DNA of 64,000 bases from contig NZ_JAQNDL010000002.1 in NCBI RefSeq assembly GCF_028368995.1, positions 384,001 through 448,000 on the forward strand, read 5' to 3'. Numbering within the stretch: position 1 is the first letter of the stretch; the number at the start of each line of letters is the position of its first letter. Positions 24,464-34,437 of the stretch are shown in pieces. The notes under the pieces were generated by a model that worked only from the letters and a program-made list of their open reading frames with translations, was not told the DNA's origin and ran no database searches. Origin of the DNA: Nannocystis bainbridge (GTDB taxonomy: Bacteria; Myxococcota_A; Polyangia; Nannocystales; Nannocystaceae). The position numbers were made by a program, and so were the translations under genes.

Positions 24464-24543
24464 CGGGATTGCCGATGGGACATGTCCTCATGGGCATGAG
24501 TCATGGGACATGTCGTTTTGAACATGTCCTGAGAGCAATGTCA
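24464..24543. repeat. 14-bp-periodic CATG palindrome array 2
   Basis: Cores at 24481, 24495, 24509, 24523, with degenerate units at 24467 and 24537. Confidence 0.85.
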
Positions 24544-25032
24544 TGCGCGGATCAGGCGGACGATGAGCTGGGCGGTGGCGCCGGCGGCGAAGGGGAGCAG
24601 GCAGCTTGCGGCGACGCGCAGGGCGGCGAGGCGGGCGCCGTAGATGCCTACTTCCATCGGCAGGCGGAGGATGGGCAGGAGGGCCATGCTGGTGAGGTAG
24701 GTGACGAGCACGCCGACGCCCGCGCCGGCCTTGAGCAGGCCGGCGGCGAGGGGCATGCCGAGGAGGCCGCCGCCGGGGGTGAGGGCGCCGGCGATCCAGG
24801 CGAGGAGGTGGCCGCGCGGGCCGGCGGCGTCGCTGAGCCAGCGCTCGACGAAATCGGCGGGGAGGAGGGCCTCGGCCATGCCGGCGAGCAAGAAGGCGAC
24901 GACGAGGATCGGCATCATCGTCAGGAAGGTGCGGCCGGATCGCTGGAGGCCGTCGACGAACACGCCCTGGACGGCGGCGAGCAGGCCGAGGATCAGCAGG
25001 GCGGCGGCGAGGAGGAGGAGGGCGAGCTTCAT
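24541..25032 (-). CDS. Small permease (DUF318-like)
   Basis: 163 aa, hydrophobic; GALTPGG motif; ATGA overlap with the upstream gene. Confidence 0.75.
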   Translation of the reverse strand: MKLALLLLAAALLILGLLAAVQGVFVDGLQRSGRTFLTMMPILVVAFLLAGMAEALLPADFVERWLSDAAGPRGHLLAWIAGALTPGGGLLGMPLAAGLLKAGAGVGVLVTYLTSMALLPILRLPMEVGIYGARLAALRVAASCLLPFAAGATAQLIVRLIRA

Positions 25033-27695
25033 GGGCCGGGCTCCGCGAGGACCTCGACGATGCCGCGGCTGCCGTCGACGCGCAGGCGCTGGCCGGACTT
25101 GAGGCGCTTGGTGCCGTCGCCGACGCCGACGACGGCGGGGATGCCGTACTCGCGGGCGATGACGGAGCCGTGGGTCATCATGCCGCCGACGTCGCACACG
25201 AGGCCGGCGGCGTGGACGAACAGGGGGGTCCAGCCGGGATCGGTGTAGGGGGCGACGAGGATCTCGCCGGCGCGCAGGACCTGGGCGGCGGGATCGAGGA
25301 CGACGTGGGCGATGCCCTCGACGACGCCGGCGCTGGCGCCGAGGCCGGCGAGTGCCCCTTCGGGCAGGTCCTTCGGGACAGGTCGGGCGGGGACCTCGCC
25401 CTCGCTGGTGACGACGAGCGGGACGGTGAGGTGCCGCGAATGCTCGTAGTCGGCGCGGCGCTCGGCGATGCGCGGGCGCGGGTCGAAGGCGTGCGGATCG
25501 GCGACGAGCTCGAGCAGCTCGTCGTAGGTCAGGAACCACACGTCGCCGGGGGCCGCGAGTCGACCGTCGCGCACGAGCGGGTCGGCGGCGGCGAGGATGG
25601 TGCGGCGCACGAGCTCGAAGCACTGGACGAACAGGTACTTGGGGTGCTCGCGCAGGCCGAGGCAGTAGCGCACGCACTCGACCTGGCGGCGGACCCACCC
25701 GCGCGCGAGGACAGGTGCAGCGGCGACGAGGCGCGCGGCGGCGGCCTCGGCCTCGGCCTGCAGGCCGGCGAAGTGGCGGCGGTGCTGGCCGGGCGCGTCG
25801 CCGTGGGCCGCCATGCCGCGGATGCTGGTGAGCAAGAGCGCGGGATCGTCGGCCCAGCGCGGGCGGCCGATGTCGATCTCGGCCTGGCCGCGCATGCCGA
25901 AGCGGACGAGGAAGGCCGCGAGCGCGTCGACGAAGGCGGGGCCGCCGGGCAGGTCGCGCAGGCGCTCGAGCTGGCCGGGGCGCACGTGCTCGAGAGCGGC
26001 GCGCAGGTCGGGGTGAAGGCGCACGAGGTCGGCGAGGTCGCCGACGCGGAGGTCCATCTCGGTGGTGACGTTGCCGACGAGGCCGCGCTGGAGGAGCTCG
26101 ACGTCGGCGGCGTGCGGGGTGTCGGCGAAGCGACGGCGCAGACGACCGAGGCTGAGCAGGCCGGCGGCGAGGCGCGGGGCGATCTTCGGCATGACCTGAA
26201 AGACGCCGGTGAGCTGGTGCCGGGCGGCGCGCAGGCGGGCGGCGCCGGGCGGCTGAGATTCGACGGCGGCGCGGAAGCTGGCGACCCACGCGGCGACGAG
26301 CCGATCGGCCCAGGCGGCCTGATCCTCGAGGCGCGCGCCCAGCAGCAGCCACGCGAGCTCGAACGGGACGCCCCACATCATGCGCGCGGCCAGCCCCAGC
26401 GCGGCGGGGCGCGGCTTGGCGGCGGCCTGGATCTCCGGGCGATCCACCAATGTGGCAAGGCGCGCCGCCACCTCGGGGTAGACCGCGCGCAAGATCCGGA
26501 AGGCCAGGCGGCGCGTCGGCCCCAGGCGCAGCGCGGGCGTGAAGTCGATGAAGATCCGGCTGCCGGCGTCGACCATCGTCGCCGCGCCATGCGGCAGCTC
26601 GTCGAGGCGGGTCTTGCCGAACGGGAACACCGCGCGCCACAGGTCGCGGCCCATCGGCGTGATCGGATCGATCATGTTCTGCGCGTGGCCGAAGCTGAGG
26701 TAGAGGTGCACGGCGCCGTCGTCGGGGCCGGGCGCGGGCAAGGGATAGAGCGAGGTGATCGGGCGCGCCTGGACCAGCCACAGCCGGCCTTCGACGAGGC
26801 ACCACTCGAGGTCCTGGGGGACGCCGCCGTAGTGGGCCTCGACGCGGGCGCCGAGGTCGGTCAGGGCGGCGACGGCGGCGTCGTCGAGGACGCGAGCGCG
26901 ACGCCTGTCCTCGGGGACATCTTCGGTGACGGTGCCGCCGCCGGGCACGGCGCGGATGGCGACGTGTTTGTCGCCGATACGCAGCTCCTTGAGCGCGCCG
27001 GTGCGGCGATCGACGCGGTAGAGGTCGGCGGTGACGAGGCCGCTGACGAGCGCCTCGCCGAGGCCATAGCCGGCGTCGATGGTGAGGGTGCCGCGGTGAC
27101 CGGTGACGGGGTCGGCGGTGAAGAGGATCCCGCTGGCGTCGGGCACGACCATGCGCTGGACGACGACGGCGAGGGCGACGTGGCGGTGGCCGAAGCCGTT
27201 GCGCGCGCGGTAGAGGATCGCGCGGTCGGTGAACAGGCTGGCGAAGCAGCGCCGGACCGCGGCCGACAATTCGTCGCCGCCGCGGATGTTGAGATAGGTG
27301 TCCTGCTGGCCGGCGAACGAGGCGCCCGGCAGGTCCTCGGCGGTGGCGGAGGAGCGCACGGCGTAGGCGTGCTCGCGGCCGAGCTCGCGGTGGGCGGCGG
27401 CGAGATCGGCGATCAGCGCGGGCGGGAGCGGGACGGCGAGCAGAGCGTCACGCACACCGGCCCCGAGCTCGCGCGCGCCAGCGACGTCGTCGGGGCCGAG
27501 GGCGTCGAGCCGGTCGAGCCATTGCGCGAATTCGGGGCAGCCGGCCACGAAATGGTGATAGGCGGCCGTGGTGACGCAAAAGCCCGGCGGGACGGGGAAG
27601 CCGGCGCGGGTGAGGGCGCCGAGGTTTTGTCCCTTGCCGCCGACGCGCGCGAGGTCGTCGGGGCCGATGGCGGAGAATGGCAGGATCAGGGTCAC
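25029..27695 (-). CDS. rph: Rifamycin phosphotransferase (Rph)-like dikinase
   Basis: ATP-grasp motifs GGKG, AVRSSATAEDLPGASFAGQQDTYLN, QARPIT; central GMRG.AEID..RPRW and REHPKY; C-terminal TDPGWTPLF..THGSVIAREYGIP swivel His domain. Confidence 0.8.
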   Translation of the reverse strand: MTLILPFSAIGPDDLARVGGKGQNLGALTRAGFPVPPGFCVTTAAYHHFVAGCPEFAQWLDRLDALGPDDVAGARELGAGVRDALLAVPLPPALIADLAAAHRELGREHAYAVRSSATAEDLPGASFAGQQDTYLNIRGGDELSAAVRRCFASLFTDRAILYRARNGFGHRHVALAVVVQRMVVPDASGILFTADPVTGHRGTLTIDAGYGLGEALVSGLVTADLYRVDRRTGALKELRIGDKHVAIRAVPGGGTVTEDVPEDRRRARVLDDAAVAALTDLGARVEAHYGGVPQDLEWCLVEGRLWLVQARPITSLYPLPAPGPDDGAVHLYLSFGHAQNMIDPITPMGRDLWRAVFPFGKTRLDELPHGAATMVDAGSRIFIDFTPALRLGPTRRLAFRILRAVYPEVAARLATLVDRPEIQAAAKPRPAALGLAARMMWGVPFELAWLLLGARLEDQAAWADRLVAAWVASFRAAVESQPPGAARLRAARHQLTGVFQVMPKIAPRLAAGLLSLGRLRRRFADTPHAADVELLQRGLVGNVTTEMDLRVGDLADLVRLHPDLRAALEHVRPGQLERLRDLPGGPAFVDALAAFLVRFGMRGQAEIDIGRPRWADDPALLLTSIRGMAAHGDAPGQHRRHFAGLQAEAEAAAARLVAAAPVLARGWVRRQVECVRYCLGLREHPKYLFVQCFELVRRTILAAADPLVRDGRLAAPGDVWFLTYDELLELVADPHAFDPRPRIAERRADYEHSRHLTVPLVVTSEGEVPARPVPKDLPEGALAGLGASAGVVEGIAHVVLDPAAQVLRAGEILVAPYTDPGWTPLFVHAAGLVCDVGGMMTHGSVIAREYGIPAVVGVGDGTKRLKSGQRLRVDGSRGIVEVLAEPGP

Positions 27696-28471
27696 GGAGC
27701 ACCTCGTTTCACGCCGTGGAGGAAGAATGCGACGATGGTCCGGGCGTCGCGCTCGGGGTCGCCGTCGCCGGGCAATCCCCACAGTCCGTCGAGGATGCCG
27801 AAGCCCAGCAGCATGCCCTGGAAGGCGCGTGCGAGCCGGTAGGGGTCGTCGTCGACGAGGTGGCCGGATTCGACGTAGCGGCGCATCAGGGCGGCGAGGC
27901 CGTGGATCGAGCGCTCGGGGGCGTCGGCGAGCTCGCCGAGGGTGCTGCTGCCGCGCAGCCGCTCGACGAGGATGAGGCGCATGAGGGCCTGGTCGCCGCG
28001 CATCTGCTGCAGGGCGGCGAGGGCCATGCGTTCGAGGTCGAGGGCGAGGTCGCCGGAGGGCTCGCGGGCGGTGCTCCACACGACCTGGCGAATGTGCATA
28101 CTGCGGCCGAACTCGCGGAGGAGGTTCTTCTTGTCGCCGAATTGGCGGTAGACGGTGGCCGTGCCGACGCCGGCGGCCTCGGCGATGGCCTCGATGGTGG
28201 CGCCCTCGAGGCCCTGCCGGGCGAAGACGTCGCGGGCGGCGGCGAGGACCTTCTCGCGCGCGTCTCCGCGCGTGGGGGCGTCGACCCCCGCGGCGGCGAG
28301 CTGCTGGACGAGGGCCTCGCGGCTGCCGACGAGGCGGTAGGCCGAACTGCGAGAAATGCCGGCAGCCTCGGCCAAACGGTCCATGGTGAGCGCTTCAGGC
28401 CCAGCCTCGTCGAGCAGCCGCCGCGCGACTTCGAGCAGCTCCGGGAGGGTGACGGACGCTTGGGATGACAC
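27692..28471 (-). CDS. TetR family regulator with two tandem HTH domains
   Basis: LTMDRLAEAAGISRSSAYR and ATIEAIAEAAGVGTATVYRQF; GTGA overlap with rph; probable GTG start at 28471. Confidence 0.85.
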   Translation of the reverse strand: MSSQASVTLPELLEVARRLLDEAGPEALTMDRLAEAAGISRSSAYRLVGSREALVQQLAAAGVDAPTRGDAREKVLAAARDVFARQGLEGATIEAIAEAAGVGTATVYRQFGDKKNLLREFGRSMHIRQVVWSTAREPSGDLALDLERMALAALQQMRGDQALMRLILVERLRGSSTLGELADAPERSIHGLAALMRRYVESGHLVDDDPYRLARAFQGMLLGFGILDGLWGLPGDGDPERDARTIVAFFLHGVKRGAP

Positions 28472-28473
28472 GA

Positions 28474-28507
28474 GAGATATGTGTATCAATCGTTCCGTTT
28501 CGTCAAG
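28474..28507 (-). promoter_or_regulatory. Possible promoter/operator of the tetR-rph operon
   Basis: AT-rich patch; minus-strand TTGACG and an imperfect dyad GATAcacaTATC next to the start. Confidence 0.4.
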
Positions 28508-28846
28508 CGGTCGTCTTGGAGGGCGGCGGAATTTGTTGGCGCGGGGCGGATGCGCGCGCGGCGATCCGGGAGAATGCCACCGGGATGTCCGAAGGGACAG
28601 GTGGTCATTGCGGGCGCGATGATGGGGGCGTGGCGGGATCGACGATTCGCCGGGGACACGGGGGCTCGATCGCGCGAGGGCCGGCGACGTGAGCCGAGGT
28701 TCTCGCGCCCTCACCTTCGCGTTTCGCTGGCTGGTGGGCGCGATCGTGGGCGAATCGGGCTCGCGTCGAGGCCGCGTCGCGCGGTCCTCCGCGCCGAGCG
28801 ACCGATGCCGGGGCCCGCGCACCGGGGGCCGTGGCATGCTCGGGGC

Positions 28847-29203
28847 ATGGCCCGCACTAACCCCAAGCTCGCGTTCTCCATCGTCGGTGCGGCGTTCCTG
28901 GCGGTCGGCGTGGGCTGGTGCGTGGTCGACCAGCTCGATCGCAAGGAGGTCGCGCTCCTGCAGCAGGAGGGGGTGATCGGCACGGCGCGCGTGCTGTCCT
29001 ACGAGGACACGGGCTCGGCGCAGAACGGCAGGCCGCGGGTGCGGTTCCGCTTCGAGATCGAGCCCGAGAGCGGGGGCCCGCCGGTCCGGGCCGAGACGAC
29101 GCTGGTGGTCACTTCGATGGAAGCGCCGCGCCTGCAGGTCGGGTCGGTCCGCAAGGTGCGGTTCCTGCCGCGTGACCCGGATGTGTTCCGGTTCCTCGAC
29201 TGA
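28847..29203 (+). CDS. Small membrane-anchored protein (DUF3592-like)
   Basis: N-terminal TM helix; G..GTARVLS..DTG..N..P; LQVGSVRKVRF.P.DP. Confidence 0.65.
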   Translation: MARTNPKLAFSIVGAAFLAVGVGWCVVDQLDRKEVALLQQEGVIGTARVLSYEDTGSAQNGRPRVRFRFEIEPESGGPPVRAETTLVVTSMEAPRLQVGSVRKVRFLPRDPDVFRFLD

Positions 29204-29224
29204 CGACGCGGCGCGGCGCGAGGC

Positions 29225-31168
29225 TCAGGCGCAGGTGCCCTTGGGCGCGCCGCAGTCGCCGGCGCCGGTGCAGGTGCCGCTGACGCACTCGGCGTCGAAG
29301 CGGCAGGCTTCGCCGGCCTTCAGCGAGGCCTCGCAGTAGGAGTCGCCGCACTCCTCGGGGAACTCGGCCTCGCGCTGGGCGTGCGGCGGGAGGGCGACGA
29401 TGCCGCTGGCATCGAGGTCGCCTGCGGGGTCGGCGGGGCCGGAGCGCGGGGCCTCGGCGCGCTCCCACATGCGCACGAAGGCGTCGGCCGAGTCGCGCAG
29501 CGGGGTGGTGTCGGTGCCGAGCTGGTCGAGGTCGGCGAGCAGGTCGGGGAGCAGGCCGATGTGGCCGAGGCCGGCCTCGTCGAAGCCGGTGCCGAGCGGG
29601 GCGGGGCCGCCGGCGAGCTCGTCGCGGGCCTGACAGCGGGCCTCGGTCGGGAACGAGGCGGAGCAGGCGTCGACGCCGAAGCGCGGGCGGACCTGCTGGA
29701 TGAAGCCGTTGAGGTCGGAGCCGAGAGCGACGGCGACCTTGAGGCCGAGGCGGGCGAAATCATAGGACTGCGCGAACGAGCGGCTCGAGCCGTGGCAGGT
29801 GTTGGCGACGTCGGAGGGCTCGTAGGTGTTGACCTCTTCGTGGCCGGTGCGGATGCCGAAGATCCCGCCGACCTCGCGCAGGTGCTCGACGATCCACACG
29901 GGGGTGGTCTTCTCCTCGCGCGCCTTGTCGGCCGGGAGCATCTCGCGGAAGTGGCCGTGCGAGACGTAGAAGGGGTAGTAGTCGCGGGCGACCGCGAGGG
30001 CGTGCAGGTCGCGCACGCCCTTCTCCGACAGGTGGGCGGCGTCGACGAGCATGCCGAGGTCCATCATGGCATTGGCGAGCTGCTCGCCCTCGGCGGTGAG
30101 GCCGAGGGTGTTGCGACAATCGGCGTCGACGTCGAAGCCGAGGGTGACGCCGCCCTGGGTGATGCCGCAGTCCATGTCGATGTGACAGTTCTCGGCGTAC
30201 TGGGCGATGTGGAAGATGTTGTTGTGCGGGGCGGCGCCGCCGAAGCGGTTGTCGAGCTGGTGGACGGGCTGGAGGGTGCGCACGCCGAGGGCGTAGAGCT
30301 CGTCGAGCTGCGGCTTCCAGTCGCCCTGCTGCATGAGGTGCGAGGCCTCGACGCTGAGCACGAGGGCGAGCCGATCCTCGCCGACGATCCGGCGGGCGTC
30401 GGCGGCGGTCAATGCGATCTCGGCCCAATCATGGGTCTCGACGAATTGGTGGGCCAGCTCGAGCTGGACCTTCACGTCCTCCATCTCGTCGCACTGCGGG
30501 CGCTCGAGGTTCTCCTCGGCGATGGCGCGGCACAGCCAGTCGTTGGAGACGGCCGAGACGACCTCGAGCCGCAGGCCGGCCATGTAGGCGGCGTGGAGGT
30601 GCTCCTCCCAGACCTGCTGGTGGGCGATGGCGTCCCAGCGCGGCCAGCCCTGAAAGCCGGGCCAGCCGTCGACGCGGGCCTTGTGCTCGCCGGTGTCGCC
30701 GGTGGAGCCGGGGATCTGGCTGACGAACTCGCTGACGACCTCGCCGCCGCCAGGCGCGGCGATGACGGAGACGAGCGGGACGAGCTTGGCGAGGTCGGCG
30801 AGGCTCATGCCCTCGCACTCGCCGAGCAAGGGGGCGAGGTCGTCCTTGAGGCGAGCGTGGTCGCCGGGGTCGCCGCCGTCGCAAGGGGCGAGGGCGACGT
30901 CGCCAGGGCCGGCGTGGCTGCCGTGGAACCAGCCGCCGCCGAAGGCCTCCTCGGCGAACATGTGGAGGTGGAGGTCGGCGACGCCGTGCAGGGTCGGGAG
31001 GTCGGGGCCGCCGGTGGTGGTCGGGGCGTCGGTGGTGGTCGGCGTGTCGGTGGTGGCGCCGGTGCCGGTGCCGGTCGTGGTGCTCGCGTCGGTCGCGGCC
31101 GGGCCGCCGCCGTTGCAGGCGGTGAAAAAGGCGAGGCTCGTGAAGGTGACGGCGAGACCGCGGATCAT
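29225..31168 (-). CDS. Lipoprotein of the membrane dipeptidase (M19)/amidohydrolase family
   Basis: FTAC lipobox, ADLHLH, LSVE, VHQLDNRFGG, VDAAHLS, VSHG, LGSDLNG; Cys-rich tail. Confidence 0.82.
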   Translation of the reverse strand: MIRGLAVTFTSLAFFTACNGGGPAATDASTTTGTGTGATTDTPTTTDAPTTTGGPDLPTLHGVADLHLHMFAEEAFGGGWFHGSHAGPGDVALAPCDGGDPGDHARLKDDLAPLLGECEGMSLADLAKLVPLVSVIAAPGGGEVVSEFVSQIPGSTGDTGEHKARVDGWPGFQGWPRWDAIAHQQVWEEHLHAAYMAGLRLEVVSAVSNDWLCRAIAEENLERPQCDEMEDVKVQLELAHQFVETHDWAEIALTAADARRIVGEDRLALVLSVEASHLMQQGDWKPQLDELYALGVRTLQPVHQLDNRFGGAAPHNNIFHIAQYAENCHIDMDCGITQGGVTLGFDVDADCRNTLGLTAEGEQLANAMMDLGMLVDAAHLSEKGVRDLHALAVARDYYPFYVSHGHFREMLPADKAREEKTTPVWIVEHLREVGGIFGIRTGHEEVNTYEPSDVANTCHGSSRSFAQSYDFARLGLKVAVALGSDLNGFIQQVRPRFGVDACSASFPTEARCQARDELAGGPAPLGTGFDEAGLGHIGLLPDLLADLDQLGTDTTPLRDSADAFVRMWERAEAPRSGPADPAGDLDASGIVALPPHAQREAEFPEECGDSYCEASLKAGEACRFDAECVSGTCTGAGDCGAPKGTCA

Positions 31169-31305
31169 CGTTCCAGGCACGCTAGCGAGGGCGAGGGCGA
31201 CGGTCAAGGCGGGGCTGCGGGGCGCCCGGGGGCCGCTGGGCGGGCGGGACGGCCGGGGCGCGGCGCCCGGGGCCGGGGCTGGGGCGCGGCCGAGGAGGCA
31301 GTGTG

Positions 31306-31336
31306 GCCCATGGGACATGTCCGATGGGTCATGCGT
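31306..31336. repeat. Short CATG cluster at 7/14-bp period
   Basis: CATG 31309, CATG 31316, GATG 31323, CATG 31330. Confidence 0.55.
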
Positions 31337-31444
31337 GCGCGCCGCCGGCTCGACTCGCGTGGCCGGCGGGACAGGCTCGGTCTGCGGCTGGTTCGACCGC
31401 GACATGGCCGACGAAGCAGAGCCGACAGGTCGCGTCGTGCCGGT

Positions 31445-31524
31445 GCGCATGGCTCTTGGGACATGGCGAACAGGGAATGTTCGATGGGGCATGTTCCATC
31501 GAACATGCGCGTTCGGGCATGCCC
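31445..31524. repeat. 14-bp-periodic CATG palindrome array 3
   Basis: Cores at 31448, 31462, 31476 (AATG), 31490, 31504, 31518; internal stem atgttcgatgg/ccatcgaacat. Confidence 0.88.
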
Positions 31525-31530
31525 CTTCGG

Positions 31531-33210
31531 TCAGATGTGCGCGATCGTGACGAGGTAGCCGAAGGCGGGCTTGCCGTCGGGGAGGCTGCAGCTGAGGTCG
31601 AGGCTGACTCTGGTGTGCGGCGGGGCGCCGAGCAGCCAGCACGGGAACACCTTGGAGCCGTAGGGCGAATCGGGGACGAGGTAGCGGCGCAGCTCGTCGT
31701 AGGTGACGGGGACGGGCTCGCGCACGCCGGCGGGGCTGCGGGAGCCGAGCGCGCTCGAGACGGGGCCGAGGCCGCCGAGGGCGACCAGGACGGGCTGGAC
31801 GCGCGCGAGCAGCCCGTCGAGGCTGGCGAGGCCGGTGACGTGGAGGTCGGCGCGGTTGAGGTTGCCGTTCCAGGCGGTGAAGTGGAGCTGGCCGAGTGGG
31901 CCGAGGTCGCGGACGAGGCGCTCAGCGGCGGGCTCGAAGCGCAGGTCGGGCCGCTCGCGGTGGAACTCGGCGAGGGCGATGCGGCGGAAGCCGTGGGCCT
32001 CGGCGACCAGCAGGCCCTCGTGGGCGGGGACCTCCAGCCGCGGGCCGGACGGGGTGAAGGCGGGCGAGATCGGGGTGCCGGCGACCCGCTGGGCCTCGAG
32101 CTCGTGGAGGGCGCCGAGGTCGAAGATCGGGGCGCCGCCGGCGGGCCTGGGCTGGGCGGCGGCGGCCGGCGGCAAGTCGTCCCAGTGCTCGTGGATGCCG
32201 TCCAGCGGGTCGAGGAGGATGGATAGCGGATCTCTCGGGGGGATGTGCTGGAGGGTCGGCTGCGGGTGGAGCGTGACCCGGGGGCCGGCGCCGAACATGG
32301 CCTTGAGCTTGCCGAAGAAGCCCTGCGGGGCGGGGGCACGCGGGGCGCGGGCGGTGGGGATGCTGCCGAAGGTGCGGGCCAGCTGATCCTCGAGCGCTTC
32401 GGCGGACCTGGGCGGGGCGATGCCGAACTCGGTGGTGACGCGGCCGTCGCCGGCGATCCTGATCTCGATGGCGGTGAGGGGGGTGCCGCTGGGGTGGCGC
32501 GAGACATGCTCGAGCAGGCCGCGCGCCGCCTGGGTGAGCGGCGGGAGCGACATGGACCGCAGCTCGCCGTCGATCTCGTGCAGGACGCGGCCGGCCTTGA
32601 CGACCTCGCCGGGGCGCGGAAAGTGGGCGATGAGGACGATGGCTTCGATCTTGGCGCTGTGCGGGATGATGTTCAGCAGCTCGGCGGCGATCTGCTGGAC
32701 GAACGGGAGCAGGGCGGCCTCGTGCTCGCCAGGGCGAGTGCGGCCCGGTCGGGTCGGCTTGGTGGGCTCGGCCGGGGGAGCAGCCGTGGGGTGCTGGGTC
32801 TGCAGGAGCTTCTGGAACTGGTCCGGGGAGAAGCGCAGGGGGGCCTCCTCGTGCGCGTGGGCGGGGCCGGCGATCGGGCCGGGCACGGTGCCGGCGAGCC
32901 AGGCGACGTGCTCGGCGGGGTCGTGCTCGAGCCAGGCGCACGGCAAGGTGGGGCCGTCGTAGTAGTCGACGACGGCGATGTCCCGCCACACGCGCTCGCC
33001 GGTGGAGGTGTCGCGCAGGACGAGGCCCTTGCCCTCGAGCTCGGCGGCGAGGTCACGGGCGCCCATGTCCATGAAGGCGACGGCGAGCAGGTGCTCGTCG
33101 CGCCAGGACGGCGACCAGCGCGAGGTGATGGCGGCGACGCCGTCAGGGTCGACGGCGAGCAGGCGATCGATGCGAATCAGGAGGGTGGTGAACTGGATCC
33201 GGACGGCCAT
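31531..33210 (-). CDS. Hypothetical multidomain protein
   Basis: 559-aa ORF with coding-like codon usage; globular segments separated by Pro-rich linkers. Confidence 0.7.
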   Translation of the reverse strand: MAVRIQFTTLLIRIDRLLAVDPDGVAAITSRWSPSWRDEHLLAVAFMDMGARDLAAELEGKGLVLRDTSTGERVWRDIAVVDYYDGPTLPCAWLEHDPAEHVAWLAGTVPGPIAGPAHAHEEAPLRFSPDQFQKLLQTQHPTAAPPAEPTKPTRPGRTRPGEHEAALLPFVQQIAAELLNIIPHSAKIEAIVLIAHFPRPGEVVKAGRVLHEIDGELRSMSLPPLTQAARGLLEHVSRHPSGTPLTAIEIRIAGDGRVTTEFGIAPPRSAEALEDQLARTFGSIPTARAPRAPAPQGFFGKLKAMFGAGPRVTLHPQPTLQHIPPRDPLSILLDPLDGIHEHWDDLPPAAAAQPRPAGGAPIFDLGALHELEAQRVAGTPISPAFTPSGPRLEVPAHEGLLVAEAHGFRRIALAEFHRERPDLRFEPAAERLVRDLGPLGQLHFTAWNGNLNRADLHVTGLASLDGLLARVQPVLVALGGLGPVSSALGSRSPAGVREPVPVTYDELRRYLVPDSPYGSKVFPCWLLGAPPHTRVSLDLSCSLPDGKPAFGYLVTIAHI

Positions 33211-33300
33211 GGCGGGGGGGCGTCGAGGATATCGCCGCGGTGAGCGGGGCTCCAGCGCGGCCCGGACGGAGCGGGTCAGGTGCGAGGGCAGGGGCGCGCA

Positions 33301-33338
33301 GGGGATGGTCTTCGGGACATGTCTCGAGAGACATGGGG
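33301..33338. repeat. Three-unit 14-bp CATG array
   Basis: GATG 33304, CATG 33318, CATG 33332 (cttcgggacatgtctcgag). Confidence 0.6.
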
Positions 33339-33465
33339 TTGCGGGGCGCTCGGAGAGTGACAGGGGTCTGGAGGCCGCGTGCGATGCAGGGTTGCGAAAT
33401 GCGCACTGTGCGTGAAGCTATCGAAGCGAGCTGGTTAATTGTTTGTTTCGGTCGAAAAATAGGGC

Positions 33466-34437
33466 ATGGTGAGCGGCGAGATGGCAGCTTTTCGTTCCAC
33501 GCTGGGCGTCGGGGCCTGGTGCATCCTTCACGTCACCGGCTGCTCGCTGCGGCCCCTCGAGCCCGGCGAGACCGCCACGGAGGCGACGACGAGCACGGGG
33601 ACGACGACGCCCGGCACGGGGACGACGGGCACGAGCGCCGCCGCTACCACGGGGCCGGACGGGCCGACGACCGGCGTGGTCAGCGAGACCTCCACGGGGG
33701 TCGCCACGGTCAGCGGCACGGACGACAGCGGGACGTTCGTGATCCAGTTCGACATGGGCGAGGACGAGTGCGATCCGTGGGAGCGGATCTGTCCCGAGGG
33801 ACAGAAATGCATGCCGTTCGCGGACGACGGCGGGTCGGCCTGGAATCGCTGGGGTTGTTTTCCGCTCGTGCCCGACCCGGCCGGCCTCGACGAGCCGTGC
33901 ACGGTCATCGACAGCGCAGTGAGCGGGAAGGACACCTGCGACGACGGGCTGCAGTGCTGGGACGTCGACGAGGACACCGGGATGGGCACGTGCCTGGCGA
34001 TGTGCACGGGCACGCCGAACGAGCCGATGTGCCCGATCCCGAACACGGACTGCACGGTCACGGCGGGCGACACCCTGGTCCTGTGCCTGCCGAGCTGCGA
34101 TCCGCTGGCCCAGGACTGTCCGGACGGCGATCTCTGCCTCCCCAATCCACAAAACCCGGACAGGTTCCTCTGCGTCCTCGACGCGAGCGGCGAGGAAGGT
34201 CAGGTCTTCGACGCCTGCGAGTTCCAGAACGCCTGCGACCCGGGCCTGGTGTGCGCACCGGTCGAGCTGGCGACGGAGTGCGACCCGCAGGCGCCCGGCT
34301 GTTGTTTGCCGTTCTGCGACGTCTCGACGGCGAACACCTGCCCGGGGCAGGGGCAGGAGTGTCTGGCGTGGTCCGAGATGGGACAGGCGCCGCCAGGGCT
34401 CGAGAACGTCGGGTTCTGCGGCATTCCGTCGCCGTAG
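33466..34437 (+). CDS. Cys-rich lipoprotein (myxobacterial family)
   Basis: VTGC lipobox, Thr-rich linker, CDPW...CPEGQKCMP and CDPLAQDCP repeats. Confidence 0.85.
   Translation: MVSGEMAAFRSTLGVGAWCILHVTGCSLRPLEPGETATEATTSTGTTTPGTGTTGTSAAATTGPDGPTTGVVSETSTGVATVSGTDDSGTFVIQFDMGEDECDPWERICPEGQKCMPFADDGGSAWNRWGCFPLVPDPAGLDEPCTVIDSAVSGKDTCDDGLQCWDVDEDTGMGTCLAMCTGTPNEPMCPIPNTDCTVTAGDTLVLCLPSCDPLAQDCPDGDLCLPNPQNPDRFLCVLDASGEEGQVFDACEFQNACDPGLVCAPVELATECDPQAPGCCLPFCDVSTANTCPGQGQECLAWSEMGQAPPGLENVGFCGIPSP

Noticed and set aside
24225-24525. N-terminal ORF extensions running through the CATG arrays (also 31168-31642)
   Set aside because: True starts lie downstream at signal peptides; a 14-bp period is not codon-phased, and CATG supplies spurious ATGs.
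25029-27695. Housekeeping PEP synthase (ppsA)
   Set aside because: The His domain is C-terminal and there is no pyruvate-binding barrel; this is Rph architecture.
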